52,322 nt of DNA from a bacterium (GCA_021786355.1 JAJYNK010000011.1:1-52322); one strand, 5' to 3'. Shown: positions 1 to 9,914, counted from the stretch's first letter. The notes: a model not told the origin generated them from the sequence alone. A program made the numbers and translations.

Positions 1-138
1 ATATGTTTTTGCGGCGTCAAGCGTTCTTGTCTGAACCGGCAAAGAGGAGACGTTTTTGGATAATAACAACCTACCATCTTTTATTAATATTGGCAAGCCA
101 CTAGCTGCGGATAAATTTTCAATTTTAAATTGGGACAT
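1..138 (-). CDS. Partial CDS (N-terminus only, runs off window); possibly cupin-type glucose-6-phosphate isomerase family protein
   Basis: ATG at 138 directly after the stop of the ABC substrate-binding gene; open to window edge: MSQFKIENLSAASGLPILIKDGRLLLSKNVSSLPVQTRTLDAAKTY. Family call is by recalled resemblance only. Confidence 0.4.
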   Translation of the reverse strand, partial: MSQFKIENLSAASGLPILIKDGRLLLSKNVSSLPVQTRTLDAAKTY

Positions 139-1797
139 CTATTTGAATACTCTTTCTGTTTTAACGTACCAGTCTTTGATGTTTTCCAATCGGCTGTTTG
201 GCAAGGCCAGTATTTTTTCTTCGAATCCGTTTAAGGATTTACTTTGGATGTAAATATAAGGAGGCGAAAAAAGGAAAATAGCCGGCTGGTCATTTTTTAT
301 CAGCGACTGAGCTTGCAGCATTTTTTCTCTTCGGTTATCGGCGTTAAAGTCGGCTCTTACGGAATTAATCAGAAAATCAACGTCCTTGTTTTCGTAAAGA
401 GACAAGTTAAGGCCGGGATGGAATTTTTGGCTCGAATGCCAAAAAGAAAACAAATCGGGATTTTTGCCGTAGATGTTTCCGAATAAAATCATTTCATAAT
501 CCCTCGGTTTTATGGTGTCGGGGAAAATTTCGTCATTCGGTTTTATATTAAGATTTATTTTCACCCCGATTTTTTGCCAATCTTCCTGGATTATTTTCGC
601 GGTGTCGGTTAAAAAAGGGATTTCGGGAACGGTCAGCGAAAACTCAAGCCGGGCGTTTTTTCCGCTGTTTTGTCTTATGCCGTCTGACGAAACTTGCCAC
701 CCGCTCGCTTCCAGTAAATCTTTTGCTCTATCGGGCGAGAACTCGTTTTGTTGTTTGAAGAAATTTTCGCTGTAGCCGTTAATTCCCGGCGCGAGCGGAC
801 CGATTAAAGGAATCGCCATTCCTTTAAAAACGTCTTTTATTATCCGCTCGCGGTCGGTTGCCAAATCAAGGGCTTTGCGTACGTTTATGTCGCTCAGAAC
901 GGGATTAACGCTTTGGTTGAAAAAAATTCCATAATAACGGGGCATATTTACGGACTCGGTTTTGTGAGGAATAGTTATTTTATCCAAGTTATTATAAGAA
1001 ACGGCTCCGAGGCCGCTGATCAAGCCTCCGTTAAAAGCCCCAAGCGCGTCTTTTTCGCTGGTATAAAATTTAAAAGTGAAATTATCTAAATATGGTTTTT
1101 GGTTGAAATAAGTTTCATTTTTCACGAGCTCATAATCGGTGATAAAGCCGTCCCGCCGTTTTTTTAAGTCGGAAAATTTAAAAGGGCCGCTGCCTACAGG
1201 ATCGATTAAATTGTAATCGGAGAGGCGGATATTGGAAAAGGGAATGTCGCCAAAAATGTGTTTTGGTATCGGGCGCAGATTTATCAATGTGTTTTCAAAA
1301 AAAACATAAGGCGCGCTTAAAATTAATTTTATTTCTCTGGAGCTGACTCTTTCGGTTTTTACGCCCTGCCAGTCGGGAAATAATGCGGAATTGGCATCCG
1401 GGTCCTGAATGGCTTTGATCGTAAAAATAATATCGTCGGAAGTTATAGGACTGCCGTCTTGCCAGTTGATATCGCCTTTTATTCTTAATTTCCAAATTTT
1501 GCCGTTGTTTTCAATGCCTATTTCTCCGTCTTTTAAATCGTTGATGCTCGCGAAGGTTAGCGCGATAATATCCGAATCAGCCTCGTTTACCGCGATAACC
1601 GGATTTATAAAAACCGGCTGGCCAACTTTGCCTTCGGTGTATCCGCCGCCCTCTACCGGTCGAAGAACCGTGGCGGCTCTTACGAAATTAGCGCTTAAAT
1701 AAATTACTGCGATTACAAAAAGCGCCAAAAAGCCAAAAAAGGCAAGGCGTTCTTTTTTTGAAAAAGCGTTTAAGATTTGGCGGATTTTAAAATTCAA
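139..1797 (-). CDS. Peptide ABC transporter substrate-binding protein (OppA/DppA, SBP family 5)
   Basis: N-terminal TM anchor; WQDGSPITSDDIIFT, PVGSGPFKF, VRKALDLATDR motifs; TTG start. Confidence 0.9.
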   Translation of the reverse strand: MNFKIRQILNAFSKKERLAFFGFLALFVIAVIYLSANFVRAATVLRPVEGGGYTEGKVGQPVFINPVIAVNEADSDIIALTFASINDLKDGEIGIENNGKIWKLRIKGDINWQDGSPITSDDIIFTIKAIQDPDANSALFPDWQGVKTERVSSREIKLILSAPYVFFENTLINLRPIPKHIFGDIPFSNIRLSDYNLIDPVGSGPFKFSDLKKRRDGFITDYELVKNETYFNQKPYLDNFTFKFYTSEKDALGAFNGGLISGLGAVSYNNLDKITIPHKTESVNMPRYYGIFFNQSVNPVLSDINVRKALDLATDRERIIKDVFKGMAIPLIGPLAPGINGYSENFFKQQNEFSPDRAKDLLEASGWQVSSDGIRQNSGKNARLEFSLTVPEIPFLTDTAKIIQEDWQKIGVKINLNIKPNDEIFPDTIKPRDYEMILFGNIYGKNPDLFSFWHSSQKFHPGLNLSLYENKDVDFLINSVRADFNADNRREKMLQAQSLIKNDQPAIFLFSPPYIYIQSKSLNGFEEKILALPNSRLENIKDWYVKTERVFK

Positions 1798-1800
1798 GGT

Positions 1801-2010
1801 TTAAAATAAGTTGATTAAAGACAAAGCGGCGAAAATAACCGTTAAAACTACGGTGGCTATAAAAATTATTTTTTCGAATCCTCTCCGAGTTTGGTAATAA
1901 GAGCTTTCGCTTCCGCCAAAAACTCCCGAAAGGCCCGAGGATCTTTCCTGAAGTAAAATCAAAACAATCAATATTATCGAAATTATTATTTGAGCAATAG
2001 AAAATAACAT
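1801..2010 (-). CDS. secG: Preprotein translocase subunit SecG
   Basis: ILLQERSSGLSGVFGG...TRRGFEK with two TM helices, 69 aa. Confidence 0.93.
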   Translation of the reverse strand: MLFSIAQIIISIILIVLILLQERSSGLSGVFGGSESSYYQTRRGFEKIIFIATVVLTVIFAALSLINLF

Positions 2011-2019
2011 GAGTCTTAA

Positions 2020-2091
2020 AAATATCGCGAGGCATTAATGCCGAGCTAATATCGGCGAAGCCAAGTATCTATTTATATCCACGCGATATTT
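2020..2091. repeat. Small element with 10-bp terminal inverted repeats
   Basis: AAATATCGCG (2020-2029) / CGCGATATTT (2082-2091) with internal mini-hairpins. Confidence 0.5.
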
Positions 2092-2142
2092 GCAGCTTCG
2101 CTGCAATACTAATAGATATAAGCTCAACAATAAAGTTTCGCG

Positions 2143-2508
2143 TTATTCTTTATAAAGCCGTTTTGCGGAAAAATGAACTAAAAGATTGATAACGCTTATT
2201 AATATCGTAGCATACAGAAGCGGCGTTAGTCCAGATATTGTAATATCGGCTGAAAAATAGTCAAGGATGTAGAGAGTAAGCGAGTTAACAAGAATAATCC
2301 CTAACCCGAGAGTTATAAAAATTATCGGCGAGAAAATCAATTTTAAAACCGGTCTGATAAACAGATTTATCAAAGTGAATATCAGCGTCGCGCTGGCAAG
2401 CCCGTAAAGACTGGCGCTGATGTTGAATCCGGAAATAAAATACTTAGCCGCCAAAAGAGCCAATACGTTGGAAAAAAAGGAAAATATAAATTTTGAGATA
2501 AGGCGCAT
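2143..2508 (-). CDS. Phage holin family 4 (YvlD-like) 4-TM membrane protein
   Basis: LINLFIRPVLKLIFSPIIFITLGLGIILVN signature. Confidence 0.8.
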   Translation of the reverse strand: MRLISKFIFSFFSNVLALLAAKYFISGFNISASLYGLASATLIFTLINLFIRPVLKLIFSPIIFITLGLGIILVNSLTLYILDYFSADITISGLTPLLYATILISVINLLVHFSAKRLYKE

Positions 2509-2530
2509 ATGTTGTGCTATTTTTTATTCG

Positions 2531-2802
2531 CCAGTGATTTTATTTTAGAAAAATGTCTCGCAGGTCGAGCGGGCAAGGCGTCCAGCCGCAAACCCCTATG
2601 AGCACCGGCGGTTCTTTGGCTCCACCCCGCCAAGGCGGGGCTACGCTCTCGGCATCGCAAGTCGCCTAAGGCGACACCAAGCTTGCGATACCTCCGAGAG
2701 CTGCTCTACGGAACTTGCGGCTGGACGAGCGAGACCGAGAGCCAAGCGGCGATTTCCTCGCAGGGGAAATTGACCGCGCTTTTTCGAATATAAAATCACT
2801 GG
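2531..2802. mobile_element. MITE-like GC-rich element with 23-bp terminal inverted repeats
   Basis: CCAGTGATTTTATTTTAGAAAAA / TTTTTCGAATATAAAATCACTGG (21/23 complementary); interior GC-rich with hairpins CCCCGCCaaGGCGGGG and GTCGCCtaaGGCGAC; no credible ORF. Confidence 0.65.
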
Positions 2803-2884
2803 TAAAAATAGGTTTTGTAAACAATATCAATTTTATCACATTATCCGGATTGTGGAAAAACCTCATTTTGAATTTTGGGGTTTA

Positions 2885-2893
2885 TGCTATAAT
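2885..2893 (+). promoter_or_regulatory. Extended -10 promoter element
   Basis: TGCTATAAT ~60 nt upstream of ATG 2952. Confidence 0.6.
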
Positions 2894-2951
2894 TAAAACA
2901 AATTTAAAAGGTCGAAATTCTTAGTTAAAATGATGTAGCGATTAAATTTTT

Positions 2952-3635
2952 ATGTGGATTCAAAGTTTGACCGAAGCGACTGTGAGATCGCTCAGAACTT
3001 CTTGGGGCCAGGTCTACAATTTTGTGCCGGCTTTCATCGGCGCGATTGTGATATTGGTAATCGGTTTGATCGTCGCGGCTGTTTTGGGTTCTTTGGTTGA
3101 AAGGCTTTTTAGATCCATCAAACTCGACGAATTGCTTAGAAAACTCGGCTTTGCGACTTATGTGGAAAGAGCCGGTCTTCGAATGGATTCCGGAAAGTTC
3201 TTCGGCGCGATTGTTTATTGGTTCTTTATAATTGTTATTGTTTTGGCGGTTTCCAATATTTTGGGGCTTGAGGTGTTTTCAGCCTTCTTGACCCAGGTTC
3301 TTTTGTATTTGCCTAATATTTTTGTCGCCGCTTTGATTATGTTGGCCACTTTAGCCGTAGCCAAGTTTTTGAAGGCGGCTGTGAAGGCGTCGGCTCTTAG
3401 TGCCAGATTTCACGCGGCGAAATTTTTGGGAACCTTTGTTTGGTGGGTTGTCGCGATTTTCGGTTTTGTCACTGCTTTGTCCCAATTGGGGATAAACATT
3501 TTTATTTTCCAGGTTTTGATTTACGGTTTTGTCGCCATGCTGGCGATTGCCGGTGGCGTCGCTTTCGGCTTGGGAGGCAAAGATTACGCTTCTCACCTTG
3601 TTGATAGATTTAAGCAAGAGACAGAAGGAAGGTAA
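2952..3635 (+). CDS. Conserved TM-helix repeat protein (MscS-associated/CmpX-like)
   Basis: Repeated FVPAFIGAIVILVIG / YLPNIFVAALI units and C-terminal AFGLGGKD motif. Confidence 0.8.
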   Translation: MWIQSLTEATVRSLRTSWGQVYNFVPAFIGAIVILVIGLIVAAVLGSLVERLFRSIKLDELLRKLGFATYVERAGLRMDSGKFFGAIVYWFFIIVIVLAVSNILGLEVFSAFLTQVLLYLPNIFVAALIMLATLAVAKFLKAAVKASALSARFHAAKFLGTFVWWVVAIFGFVTALSQLGINIFIFQVLIYGFVAMLAIAGGVAFGLGGKDYASHLVDRFKQETEGR

Positions 3636-3684
3636 ATGATAAATAATAGCTGCCAGTGATTGGTCGCTGGTGGAAATAAGACAG

Positions 3685-3716
3685 CAAAAGGCGGTCGCCT
3701 AAGCGACCGCCTTTTG
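3685..3716 (+). terminator. Rho-independent (likely bidirectional) terminator
   Basis: CAAAAGGCGGTCGC-CTAA-GCGACCGCCTTTTG, 14-bp perfect stem 50 nt after stop 3635. Confidence 0.75.
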
Positions 3717-3743
3717 GATTGAATTTAGCTTTAGCAGTGTTAG

Positions 3744-3879
3744 ACCCCGCACCTTTAAAGGATATTGCACCTCGCTATTTTTTTATCAAACCAGAATTTA
3801 ATATTTAAAATAACTAGTTTATAATAAGGATTATGCAAAAAGGCGCATCTAAAAATACAATCCTTTAAAGGTGCGGGGT
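3744..3879. mobile_element. 136-bp MITE-like element with perfect 20-bp terminal inverted repeats
   Basis: ACCCCGCACCTTTAAAGGAT (3744-3763) / ATCCTTTAAAGGTGCGGGGT (3860-3879), AT-rich interior. Confidence 0.65.
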
Positions 3880-3905
3880 AAAATGATAGAATTGATTTTA
3901 GTAAA

Positions 3906-6032
3906 ATGTCCAATAAAAAAAATAAGAAGAATAAAAAAAACGCAAAATCTTTATCAAACGAGGAGGCGGAAAACGAAGCAAAACAATCAAGGCTTCATCC
4001 CGATACTAAAAAAAGCGTGTTCGCTATAGGTTTTTTGGCATTGGCGCTTATTTTAATTTTAGCGAGATTCGGAAACGCCGGTCCGGTCGGCGACTACGCG
4101 TATAATTTTTTTAACTGGCTTTTTGGCGTGGGCTATTTTCTTCTGCCGCTTATTCTTATAATAATGTCGGTTGTTTTTTTAACTTCAGAAAGGAGAAAAA
4201 TTTACGGAATTACTTTTATCGGCGCTATTATTTTTGTTTTGTCGAGCTTGGGGTTGATAGATATTTTTTATTCCGATAAAGCCGGAATTTTCGGCTGGCT
4301 AGTCGGCTCCATCGAGTCGTTGTTTGGTCGGGTTGCTTCGATAATTATTGTTGTCGCGATGATAGTCGCGTCATTTTTAGTAACTTTGAATTTGCCCATA
4401 AAAATAAGAAGAAGGCCCAAAGAATCGATTTTGGAATCAGAGGTTAGCTGGGAAGAAGAAAATAAACAGGAGAGTTCTGAAGCTAAACAGCCAGCCGAAA
4501 AAAGCGAAAACGATGTTCAAGGGGAAACAGCTGAAGAAATAGAGCCGAAAGTGGAAGTAAAAGAAAGATTCGCTTTGCCTTTTTCGCGTCCAGCTAAAAT
4601 TCAAACCAGCCGGGCGCCCGCTAATTATATTTTCCCGCCTCTGGATTTATTAAAGTCTTCTGTTGAAAAACCGACTTCCGGCGATCTTCGCGCTAACGCA
4701 AATATTATTAAAAGAACTCTGGACAGCTTCGGTATTCCGGTGGAAATGGGGGAAATAAATGTCGGTCCCAAAGTAACGCGTTACACTCTGAAACCCGCTG
4801 AAGGCGTGAAGCTTACTAGAATAACCGCCTTGTCTTCCGATTTATCCATGGCTTTAGCCGCGCACCCAATAAGAATAGAAGCGCCGATTCCGGGAAAATC
4901 ATTGGTTGGAATTGAAGTCCCTAACAAGGCCGCTTCAATTGTCCGTTTGGGGAGCTTGATGGCGTATCCGGAGTTTTCCGCAGCCGGGTCACTGGGCTTC
5001 GCGCTCGGCAGAGACGTTACCGGCGAGCCGATTTTCGCCAATATAGAAAAAATGCCTCATATGCTTGTTGCCGGATCAACCGGAAGCGGAAAAAGCGTTT
5101 CCATTCATTCGCTTTTAATATCACTTTTGTATAAAAATTCTCCCGATAATTTAAAAATGATTTTAATCGATCCCAAACGGGTCGAACTTACGGCCTACTC
5201 GGGGATTCCGCATTTGATAGCTCCTGTGGTAACCGAATCTAAAAAATCTTTGGGGGTTTTTAAATGGGCGCTTAAAGAAATGGACGGCCGCTATGAAATG
5301 CTGGAAAGCGCCGGTTCTCGCGACATTAAAAGTTATAACAAAAAAAATCCAAACAGCCCTTTGCCTTTCATTATTATAGTAATTGACGAGCTAGCCGATT
5401 TAATGAGCACGTATGGCAGAGAAGTTGAAGGCTCTATTGTCCGGTTGGCGCAAATGGCAAGAGCCACCGGTATTCATTTAGTATTAGCTACGCAGAGGCC
5501 GTCGGTAGAAGTTATTACGGGCCTTATAAAAGCCAATATTACCACTAGAGTCGCTTTGCAAGTCGCCAGCCAAGTAGATTCCAGGACGATTTTAGATAGT
5601 TCCGGCGCTGAAAAACTTTTGGGCGGCGGCGATATGCTTTATATATCCAGCGATCTTTCCAAGCCAAGAAGAATTCAGGGCGCGTATGTGTCCGAAGAAG
5701 AAATAAATAAAGTTACCCAATTTATAAGAGAAAATAACGGCGGTTACGATCATGAAGACGCGCCCACTTTTGAAAACGGCGCTTCATCGAATGCGATGAC
5801 GTCCGAAAGTTTATTTGATGGATTTGAAAATGACAACGACGACGAATTGCTTGAAGAAGCGATAGCCGTTATAACGGAAGCTCAAAAAGCGTCGGCATCT
5901 TTACTTCAAAGACGTTTGAAAGTGGGTTATGCTAGAGCTGCCCGGCTTCTGGATATAATGGAAGCCAAAAGTATTATTGGCCCTGGCGACGGGGCAAAAC
6001 CCCGCGAGGTTTACGTAAAAAGAGAAATTTAA
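3906..6032 (+). CDS. ftsK: DNA translocase FtsK/SpoIIIE
   Basis: N-terminal 4-TM domain, PHMLVAGSTGSGKS Walker A, IDELADLM, ATQRPS, gamma domain SASLLQRRLKVGYARAARL. Confidence 0.97.
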   Translation: MSNKKNKKNKKNAKSLSNEEAENEAKQSRLHPDTKKSVFAIGFLALALILILARFGNAGPVGDYAYNFFNWLFGVGYFLLPLILIIMSVVFLTSERRKIYGITFIGAIIFVLSSLGLIDIFYSDKAGIFGWLVGSIESLFGRVASIIIVVAMIVASFLVTLNLPIKIRRRPKESILESEVSWEEENKQESSEAKQPAEKSENDVQGETAEEIEPKVEVKERFALPFSRPAKIQTSRAPANYIFPPLDLLKSSVEKPTSGDLRANANIIKRTLDSFGIPVEMGEINVGPKVTRYTLKPAEGVKLTRITALSSDLSMALAAHPIRIEAPIPGKSLVGIEVPNKAASIVRLGSLMAYPEFSAAGSLGFALGRDVTGEPIFANIEKMPHMLVAGSTGSGKSVSIHSLLISLLYKNSPDNLKMILIDPKRVELTAYSGIPHLIAPVVTESKKSLGVFKWALKEMDGRYEMLESAGSRDIKSYNKKNPNSPLPFIIIVIDELADLMSTYGREVEGSIVRLAQMARATGIHLVLATQRPSVEVITGLIKANITTRVALQVASQVDSRTILDSSGAEKLLGGGDMLYISSDLSKPRRIQGAYVSEEEINKVTQFIRENNGGYDHEDAPTFENGASSNAMTSESLFDGFENDNDDELLEEAIAVITEAQKASASLLQRRLKVGYARAARLLDIMEAKSIIGPGDGAKPREVYVKREI

Positions 6033-6043
6033 TTACATCCTAA

Positions 6044-6697
6044 ATGGAACAAAATGTTTTTCCCAAAAGTTTTAAAGAGGAAGTTGAGGGAGCTATGGCG
6101 TTGAAGGGAATGAACGCGGTAAAATTATCGGAAGCCACAAATATTCCCGAACATTACCTTACGGCGCTTATCAGCCATCAGTCGAAGAATCTTCCTCCGC
6201 CGCCTTATATAAGGGGGTATATTTTAAGGATAGCGGAAGTATTGGATTTGGACGGCGGTTATTTGTGGCAGTCGTACAGCAAAACTTTAATTTCCAAAAC
6301 TTCCGGAAGCGAAGACCGTTTGCCGTTCAATAGATTTGCTTTGAAACCGGTAAGCAAGGCGAAAATCGCCGTTGGAATCGTAGTGTTATTTGCTATAATT
6401 TATTTTGGGTGGCGAGCGGGAGGATTTTTTGGGACGCCGGCGATAGAAATAACGAATCCGGCAACCGATAATTTTATTATAAAAGATTCGATTATAAATT
6501 TAACCGGAAAAATAAATCCTCAGGACAAGCTGACCATAAACGGCGAAGAAATAACCACCGACGGAAACGGATATTTTGAAAAATCTTGGGATTTTCGTTT
6601 TGGTCCGGACAATATAACCGCGAAACTGGAATTCAAAGTTAAAAGATTATTAGGCAAAGAAGTCGTAGTTGATAGGCAAATAATTTATCGGCCGTAG
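6044..6697 (+). CDS. RodZ-like HTH membrane protein with C-terminal Ig-like domain
   Basis: N-terminal Xre HTH with LPPPPYIRGYILRIAEVLDLD, single TM; follows ftsK. Confidence 0.75.
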   Translation: MEQNVFPKSFKEEVEGAMALKGMNAVKLSEATNIPEHYLTALISHQSKNLPPPPYIRGYILRIAEVLDLDGGYLWQSYSKTLISKTSGSEDRLPFNRFALKPVSKAKIAVGIVVLFAIIYFGWRAGGFFGTPAIEITNPATDNFIIKDSIINLTGKINPQDKLTINGEEITTDGNGYFEKSWDFRFGPDNITAKLEFKVKRLLGKEVVVDRQIIYRP

Positions 6698-6765
6698 AGC
6701 ATGAAACACGTAACACGTAACTTATAACTCATATATAATATAAGAAATAACAAATTTTAAAAAAT

Positions 6766-7779
6766 ATGGCGCAAAAAAAAGAAGACAAAAAAACCACTGG
6801 CGGATCAAAAGACATAGACGAGCTTTTAGAATCGCTTCAAGGTAAATTTGGCGAAGGAGCGATAATGAAGCTTGGCGACGCAAAAAAAATAAATGTTTCG
6901 GTTGTGCCGACCGGTTCATTTTCGCTTGATTTGGCTTTAGGGGTTGGCGGTTTTCCCAGAGGAAGAATTGTCGAGATTTTCGGGCCGGAATCATCCGGTA
7001 AAACCACTCTTGCTTTGCACGCGGTCGCCGAAGCGCAAAAAAAAGGAGGCAGGGCGGCTTTTATCGACGCCGAGCACGCGATGGATCCTGATTACGCCAA
7101 GCGTTTGGGGGTAAAAATAAACGATCTTTTGATATCCCAGCCAGACAGCGGAGAAGAGGCGCTTAATATTTTGGAAAATCTGGTGCGTTCGGGAATTATA
7201 GATATTATTGTTATTGACTCGGTTGCGGCGCTCACACCCAAAGCGGAGATAGAAGGAGAAATGGAACAGCAGTCGATAGGCCTTCAAGCGCGGCTAATGT
7301 CCAAAGCGCTTAGAAAAGTTACGGCCTTGGCGCACAACACCAATACCTTGATAATTTTTATAAACCAGCTTCGGGAAAAAATCGGAATAATGTTTGGTAA
7401 TCCCGAAACAACTCCAGGCGGACGGGCTTTAAAATTTTATTCTTCGGTTAGAGTCGACGTTAGGCGAACGGCGCAAATAAAAAAAGGCGACGAGGCTGTG
7501 GGTAATCGCGTTACTGCTAAAGTGGTAAAAAATAAAGTTGCCGCGCCTTTTAGAATGGCGGAATTCGATATTTTATTCGGCCAGGGGATTTCTTATGAAG
7601 GCGATGTTTTAACAGCCGCTATTAAATACGGTTCAGTTGCTAAAACCGGAAATACTTATATATTCGACGGAGAAAAGTTGGGCGTCGGATTTGACGCCTC
7701 CCGCGAAAAACTCAAAGAAGACAAAAAACTCGTGGAAGAAATAAAAAAGAAAACCCTGGCGGTAATCTCTGGAAAATGA
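6766..7779 (+). CDS. recA: Recombinase RecA
   Basis: [42 protein letters not shown]. Confidence 0.99.
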   Translation: MAQKKEDKKTTGGSKDIDELLESLQGKFGEGAIMKLGDAKKINVSVVPTGSFSLDLALGVGGFPRGRIVEIFGPESSGKTTLALHAVAEAQKKGGRAAFIDAEHAMDPDYAKRLGVKINDLLISQPDSGEEALNILENLVRSGIIDIIVIDSVAALTPKAEIEGEMEQQSIGLQARLMSKALRKVTALAHNTNTLIIFINQLREKIGIMFGNPETTPGGRALKFYSSVRVDVRRTAQIKKGDEAVGNRVTAKVVKNKVAAPFRMAEFDILFGQGISYEGDVLTAAIKYGSVAKTGNTYIFDGEKLGVGFDASREKLKEDKKLVEEIKKKTLAVISGK

Positions 7780-7830
7780 TGATTTGTTGATAAAATTAAA
7801 AAATTATTTTTGCGCTAATATAATTTTCTC

Positions 7831-7862
7831 CTCGTTTATCCCACGATCGTTGGATAAACGAG
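7831..7862. repeat. Palindrome A-up (32 bp, ACGATCGT core) upstream of Cas2-like paralogue 1
   Basis: CTCGTTTATCC-C-ACGATCGT-T-GGATAAACGAG; one mismatched pair. Confidence 0.95.
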
Positions 7863-7885
7863 TAAAAGAAAATTAAATAAAAAAC

Positions 7886-8461
7886 ATGAAAAAAGGAGAA
7901 ATTACCTTAAAAGCTCTCGAAGCCATAGGAGATACCGCAATAAATTTTTTTGACCTTATGGTTGTAATTATGGGCTCAAGGTACGGCGCCTCGTATGGCG
8001 AACTGGATTTTGAATTTAGAAAAAGACAATTCGAAAGAGAAGTAGAAGCAGGAAAACAATTAGAGAAGCAAAAATTTTACGACTTGGTTTATCGGCTTAA
8101 AAAGCAGGGATTAATACAAGAGAAAGAAAGTAAATTTAAATTAACGAAATTAGGATTTGAGAAGTTAAAATTTTTAAAAGAAAGGAAAAAAGAAAGTTTG
8201 CCAACTAATGATTTCCCTGCGGAAAAAGGAAATAATTTTTGTATCGTGATTTTTGATGTTCCTGAAGCCGAAAGAAGAAAAAGGGACTGGCTAAGAGATT
8301 CCTTGGGTCATCTCGGATTAAAAATGATTCAAAAAAGCGTTTGGATCGGCAAAGTAAAAATACCCAAACCATTTTTGAATAGTTTGTTTAAATTAAAAAT
8401 GTTGGATTACGTAGAAATTTTTGAAATTACCAAAGCCGGTAGTTTAAAGCACGTAGTCTAG
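7886..8461 (+). CDS. Stand-alone wHTH + Cas2-like (PaaX-central-domain-like) protein, paralogue 1
   Basis: wHTH-like FYDLVYRLKKQGLI...FKLTKLG, then IVIFDVPEAERRKRDWLRDSLGHLGLKMIQKSVWIG (Cas2/PaaX ferredoxin-fold pattern). Confidence 0.85.
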   Translation: MKKGEITLKALEAIGDTAINFFDLMVVIMGSRYGASYGELDFEFRKRQFEREVEAGKQLEKQKFYDLVYRLKKQGLIQEKESKFKLTKLGFEKLKFLKERKKESLPTNDFPAEKGNNFCIVIFDVPEAERRKRDWLRDSLGHLGLKMIQKSVWIGKVKIPKPFLNSLFKLKMLDYVEIFEITKAGSLKHVV

Positions 8462-8492
8462 TAGTACGAACCGTAATTTGATAGTTTCAGCT

Positions 8493-8534
8493 AAAAACTC
8501 GTTTATTCTACGATCGTAGAATAAACGAGTTTTT
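8493..8534. repeat. Palindrome A-down (perfect 42 bp, ACGATCGT core) downstream of paralogue 1
   Basis: AAAAACTCGTTTATTCT-ACGATCGT-AGAATAAACGAGTTTTT. Confidence 0.97.
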
Positions 8535-8550
8535 GAATTAAGTTATTTTT

Positions 8551-8579
8551 TTGAAAAAAGAGTTAATTAGAATTATACT
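8551..8579 (+). promoter_or_regulatory. sigma70-type promoter, probably giving a leaderless mRNA
   Basis: TTGAAA-N17-TATACT ending 6 nt before ATG 8586. Confidence 0.6.
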
Positions 8580-8585
8580 ACTCCT

Positions 8586-9914
8586 ATGAAATTCATTGCC
8601 GACTTTCATATTCACTCCAAATACTCCCGAGCCACCAGCAAAGATATGGTTTTGGAAGAGCTTGACCGCTGGGCGGATGACAAAGGAATTTTAGTAATGG
8701 GAACCGGTGACTTTACACATCCTGTCTGGTTTAACGAAATTAAAACCAAACTCGATCCCGCCGAGGCGGGGCTCTATAAATTAAAAAAAGAACTGAAACT
8801 TCCCACCATAAAAGAAACTTTCAGCGATACGCGTTTTATTTTAACCGCGGAAATTTCCGGAATTTACAGCCGCGGGGGGAAAACAAGAAGAATACATAAT
8901 ATACTTTTTTCTCCAAGTATCGAGGTTGTAGAGAAAATTAACAGCGCGCTTGGAGCGATCGGAAATTTAAAATCCGACGGCCGGCCGATTTTGGGCCTGG
9001 ATAGCGAAAAGCTGGCGGAAATTGTTTTTAATATAGACGAAAATATCGTTATTATTCCGGCTCACGCTTGGACTCCGTGGTTTTCAATTTTCGGTTCGAT
9101 GTCAGGGTTTGATTCCATCGAAGAATGCTTCGGTAAATACGCAGATAAAATTTTTGCCATAGAAACCGGGCTTTCAAGCGACCCGGCGATGAATTGGCGG
9201 TTGTCTAAGCTAGACAAAATTGCTTTGATTTCTAATTCCGATTCGCACTCTTTGCAGAAAATTGGCAGAGAGGCGAATATATTGGATACGGAACTTTCTT
9301 ACGAGGGGGTTGTAAAGGCGATTAAAAATGGAGCTCCCGCTAACCGGAAACAAACATCCGATAATAAACAACAAAATTTTGTTGCCACGTTGGAATTTTT
9401 TCCCGAAGAAGGAAAATACCACTATGACGGCCACCGTGTTTGCGGAGTCGTTTTTTCTCCGGACGAAACAAAAAAACACAACGGAATTTGTCCGGTATGC
9501 AAACGGCCGCTTACGGTGGGGGTTGTTTATAGAGTTGATCAACTTGCGGACGCGAAACCGGAAGTTATAAATGAAGGCAATTACCATTATTTTGACAATC
9601 GCGTTCCTTATTATAATCTCGTGTCTTTGGATGAGATTATCAGCGAGGCTTTTGGCGTGGGAACGGCTTCCAAAAAAGTTAAAGAAGCCTACTTGGATTT
9701 GATAAAAAAATTCGGCTCGGAATTGAAAATTCTTTTGGAAACGAGCGTTGAGGAATTAAAAAAATCTATCGACCCAATGATTGTCGAAGGCATTAAACGG
9801 GCGCGTGAAGGAAAAATTAAAATCCGGCCCGGCTATGACGGTGAGTACGGCGAAGTAAAAATATTTAATGACGGCGAAAGAGAAAAAATGAAAACCCAGC
9901 AGGCATTGTTTTAA
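8586..9914 (+). CDS. Endonuclease Q family PHP-domain protein
   Basis: ADFHIHSKYSRATS, GTGDFTHP, ETGLSSDPAMN, SNSDSHS, GKYHYDGHRxC...CPVC zinc site, PGYDGEYG. Confidence 0.9.
   Translation: MKFIADFHIHSKYSRATSKDMVLEELDRWADDKGILVMGTGDFTHPVWFNEIKTKLDPAEAGLYKLKKELKLPTIKETFSDTRFILTAEISGIYSRGGKTRRIHNILFSPSIEVVEKINSALGAIGNLKSDGRPILGLDSEKLAEIVFNIDENIVIIPAHAWTPWFSIFGSMSGFDSIEECFGKYADKIFAIETGLSSDPAMNWRLSKLDKIALISNSDSHSLQKIGREANILDTELSYEGVVKAIKNGAPANRKQTSDNKQQNFVATLEFFPEEGKYHYDGHRVCGVVFSPDETKKHNGICPVCKRPLTVGVVYRVDQLADAKPEVINEGNYHYFDNRVPYYNLVSLDEIISEAFGVGTASKKVKEAYLDLIKKFGSELKILLETSVEELKKSIDPMIVEGIKRAREGKIKIRPGYDGEYGEVKIFNDGEREKMKTQQALF

Noticed and set aside
2143..2508. Prophage implied by holin-family gene
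   Set aside because: No other phage genes are present, and this family is commonly a chromosomal membrane protein.
2666..2924. Short ORFs 2666-2866, 2715-2924 and 37433-37615
   Set aside because: They fall within GC-rich palindromic elements and have no protein-like features.
8493..8534. Downstream palindromes as ordinary intrinsic terminators
   Set aside because: They are AT-rich, lack a loop, share a conserved self-complementary core and have matching upstream copies. A secondary terminator role is not excluded.
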